Part shown: positions 63,061 to 64,000 of the stretch, one piece after another
Layout of the letters: each line of letters begins with the position of its first letter
Position numbering within the stretch: position 1 is the first letter of the stretch
IMG/VR virus record: IMGVR_UViG_3300049792_000048
Span: 131,775 to 195,774 of that record
Source of the DNA: a virus
Taxonomy: Duplodnaviria > Caudoviricetes
DNA: 64,000 bases
Strand: one strand, 5' to 3'
The notes under the pieces: generated by a model
What the model was told of the DNA's origin: nothing
Databases searched by the model: none
What the model saw: the letters and a program-made list of their open reading frames with translations, nothing else
Position numbers and translations under genes: made by a program

Positions 63061-63378
63061 ATGAACATGACGAAAGCCGAACAGCTCAGTGAGGACTTCC
63101 GTGCATCATGGCGAGCTCTCGCCAGGACGATGTACGAGGCCTACGGCGACAGCGTGGATTGGAAGGCCGTCAGCGGTCACCCCATGCCGAAGTTCGAGGA
63201 TGTGGGGGTTCGCGTCGAGGGTGCCTGGTGTATCGCTGCCAGCGCTGCGGTCGGCTCTCTCACACGGATGCTCCCTTCCGGTGCTGTGGAAGAAGCTCGC
63301 AATCTCGGTCGTGAGATGGCGGACGCCTTCACCGCACGCATCGAGGAGCTCGCCGAAGACAAGGAGAGCAAGAACTGA
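63061..63378 (+). CDS. small phage protein
   Basis: LARTMYEAY...G.PMP.F.D...AW. Confidence 0.7.
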   Translation: MNMTKAEQLSEDFRASWRALARTMYEAYGDSVDWKAVSGHPMPKFEDVGVRVEGAWCIAASAAVGSLTRMLPSGAVEEARNLGREMADAFTARIEELAEDKESKN

Positions 63379-63758
63379 TGGAACAGCTTCTTGCTCACGT
63401 GTTCGGTGACTACGTCCTTCAGAGTGACTGGCTGGCGCTGGGCAAACGCAAATCGTTCGTTGTCGCGCTGATCCACGCCCTCGTGTACGGGGTACCCTTT
63501 CTGCTGCTACGCGGCTCGGGCCTGGCATGGCTCGTCATCGTCGTGTCGCATGCGGTCATCGATCACACCGGGCTTGCCCGCTACGTGTGCTTTGCAAAGA
63601 ACTTCCTCGCCCCTCCGAGCGAGTGGCCGCGGTGGAAGGATACGAACGCCACGGGGTACGACAAGAGCAAGCCGGTGTGGATGAGCACGTGGCTTTTCAT
63701 CATCGCCGACAATGCGCTACACCTAGCCATCAACTACGCCGCTCTGCGGTGGCTCTAG
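63378..63758 (+). CDS. DUF3307 membrane protein
   Basis: AHVFGDYVLQSDW...H..ID...DNALH. Confidence 0.85.
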   Translation: MEQLLAHVFGDYVLQSDWLALGKRKSFVVALIHALVYGVPFLLLRGSGLAWLVIVVSHAVIDHTGLARYVCFAKNFLAPPSEWPRWKDTNATGYDKSKPVWMSTWLFIIADNALHLAINYAALRWL

Positions 63759-63767
63759 GAGGACAAC

Positions 63768-64000
63768 ATGCCCTGGCCCGAGAACCCGGAACACTGTCAT
63801 CGCGGAGAACCCCGCTATCCAGACATGGGTGCCATCACTTGGCGTGCCGCAGAGACCGAGCCGAAGGAGGGCGATTCATCGTTTCGGCCTTTCCGCACGT
63901 GCTCGTACTGTGGAAGCATCCATCCCGTGGATCTCGTCGAGCTCTTGAAGCTCGAAACCTTCGCACTGAACAGTGTTCCGGAAGCGGAGCGCGTCGCGAT
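63768..64000 (+). CDS. hypothetical protein (runs off the window end)
   Basis: AGGAGG SD; RTCSYCGSIHP. Confidence 0.65.
   Translation, partial: MPWPENPEHCHRGEPRYPDMGAITWRAAETEPKEGDSSFRPFRTCSYCGSIHPVDLVELLKLETFALNSVPEAERVA

Noticed and set aside
1447-63770. Genome-wide TAG reassignment, suggested by many TAG stops followed in frame by the next ORF (1449, 29616, 38753, 42891, 43831, 51366, 58941, 63758)
   Set aside because: Recognisable enzymes are full length under the standard code; the downstream genes have their own start codons, mostly with SDs; TAGTG overlaps and TAG-TAA/TAG-TAG double stops occur; TGA stops also show in-frame spacing. Only the 40212 case was kept.
1-64000. CRISPR array, integrase/att site, intein, intron, reverse transcriptase or DGR
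   Set aside because: No regularly spaced direct repeats or diagnostic motifs were seen by eye; a computational scan would be needed to exclude weak cases.

Overview
This GC-rich window looks like part of a large (jumbo-type) bacteriophage genome. It has very dense, mostly short genes, almost all on the + strand after a strand switch at about 1,050, with many stop/start overlaps. A Myxococcota-like host is suggested by DAG-repeat RCC1-type lipoproteins and is compatible with the tmRNA tag; this is inference. Recognisable genes include dcd, a long thyX, ndk, RNase HII, ATP-dependent DNA ligase, a split RecD2-like helicase, a DEDDh exonuclease, an MT-A70 methyltransferase, an RlaP-like nucleotidyltransferase, a vWA protein, a Mesh1/SAH-like HD hydrolase, NADAR, SLOG, an orphan HicB, a GroES-like protein, a metzincin-like protease and five HNH endonucleases. 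There is a complete tmRNA (7533-7917, tag ANDSSYAQPVLANAA). The most unusual observations are: (1) an acyl-carrier-protein homologue whose phosphopantetheine Ser is replaced by Asp (GADDL); (2) a tRNA-like structured RNA before thyX; (3) 15 copies of an apparent phage-specific promoter, CTAT(A/C)A(G/A)nnAGRTR; (4) a GAACATG(AAC) start-codon context at about 19 sites; (5) a probable -1 frameshift (A AAA AAT) in a tail-chaperone-like gene; (6) a 63-aa protein carrying DnaB-like motifs in swapped order; and (7) a dispersed set of translation-rescue and anti-toxin-like genes. All calls come from motifs read by eye; no database searches were run.
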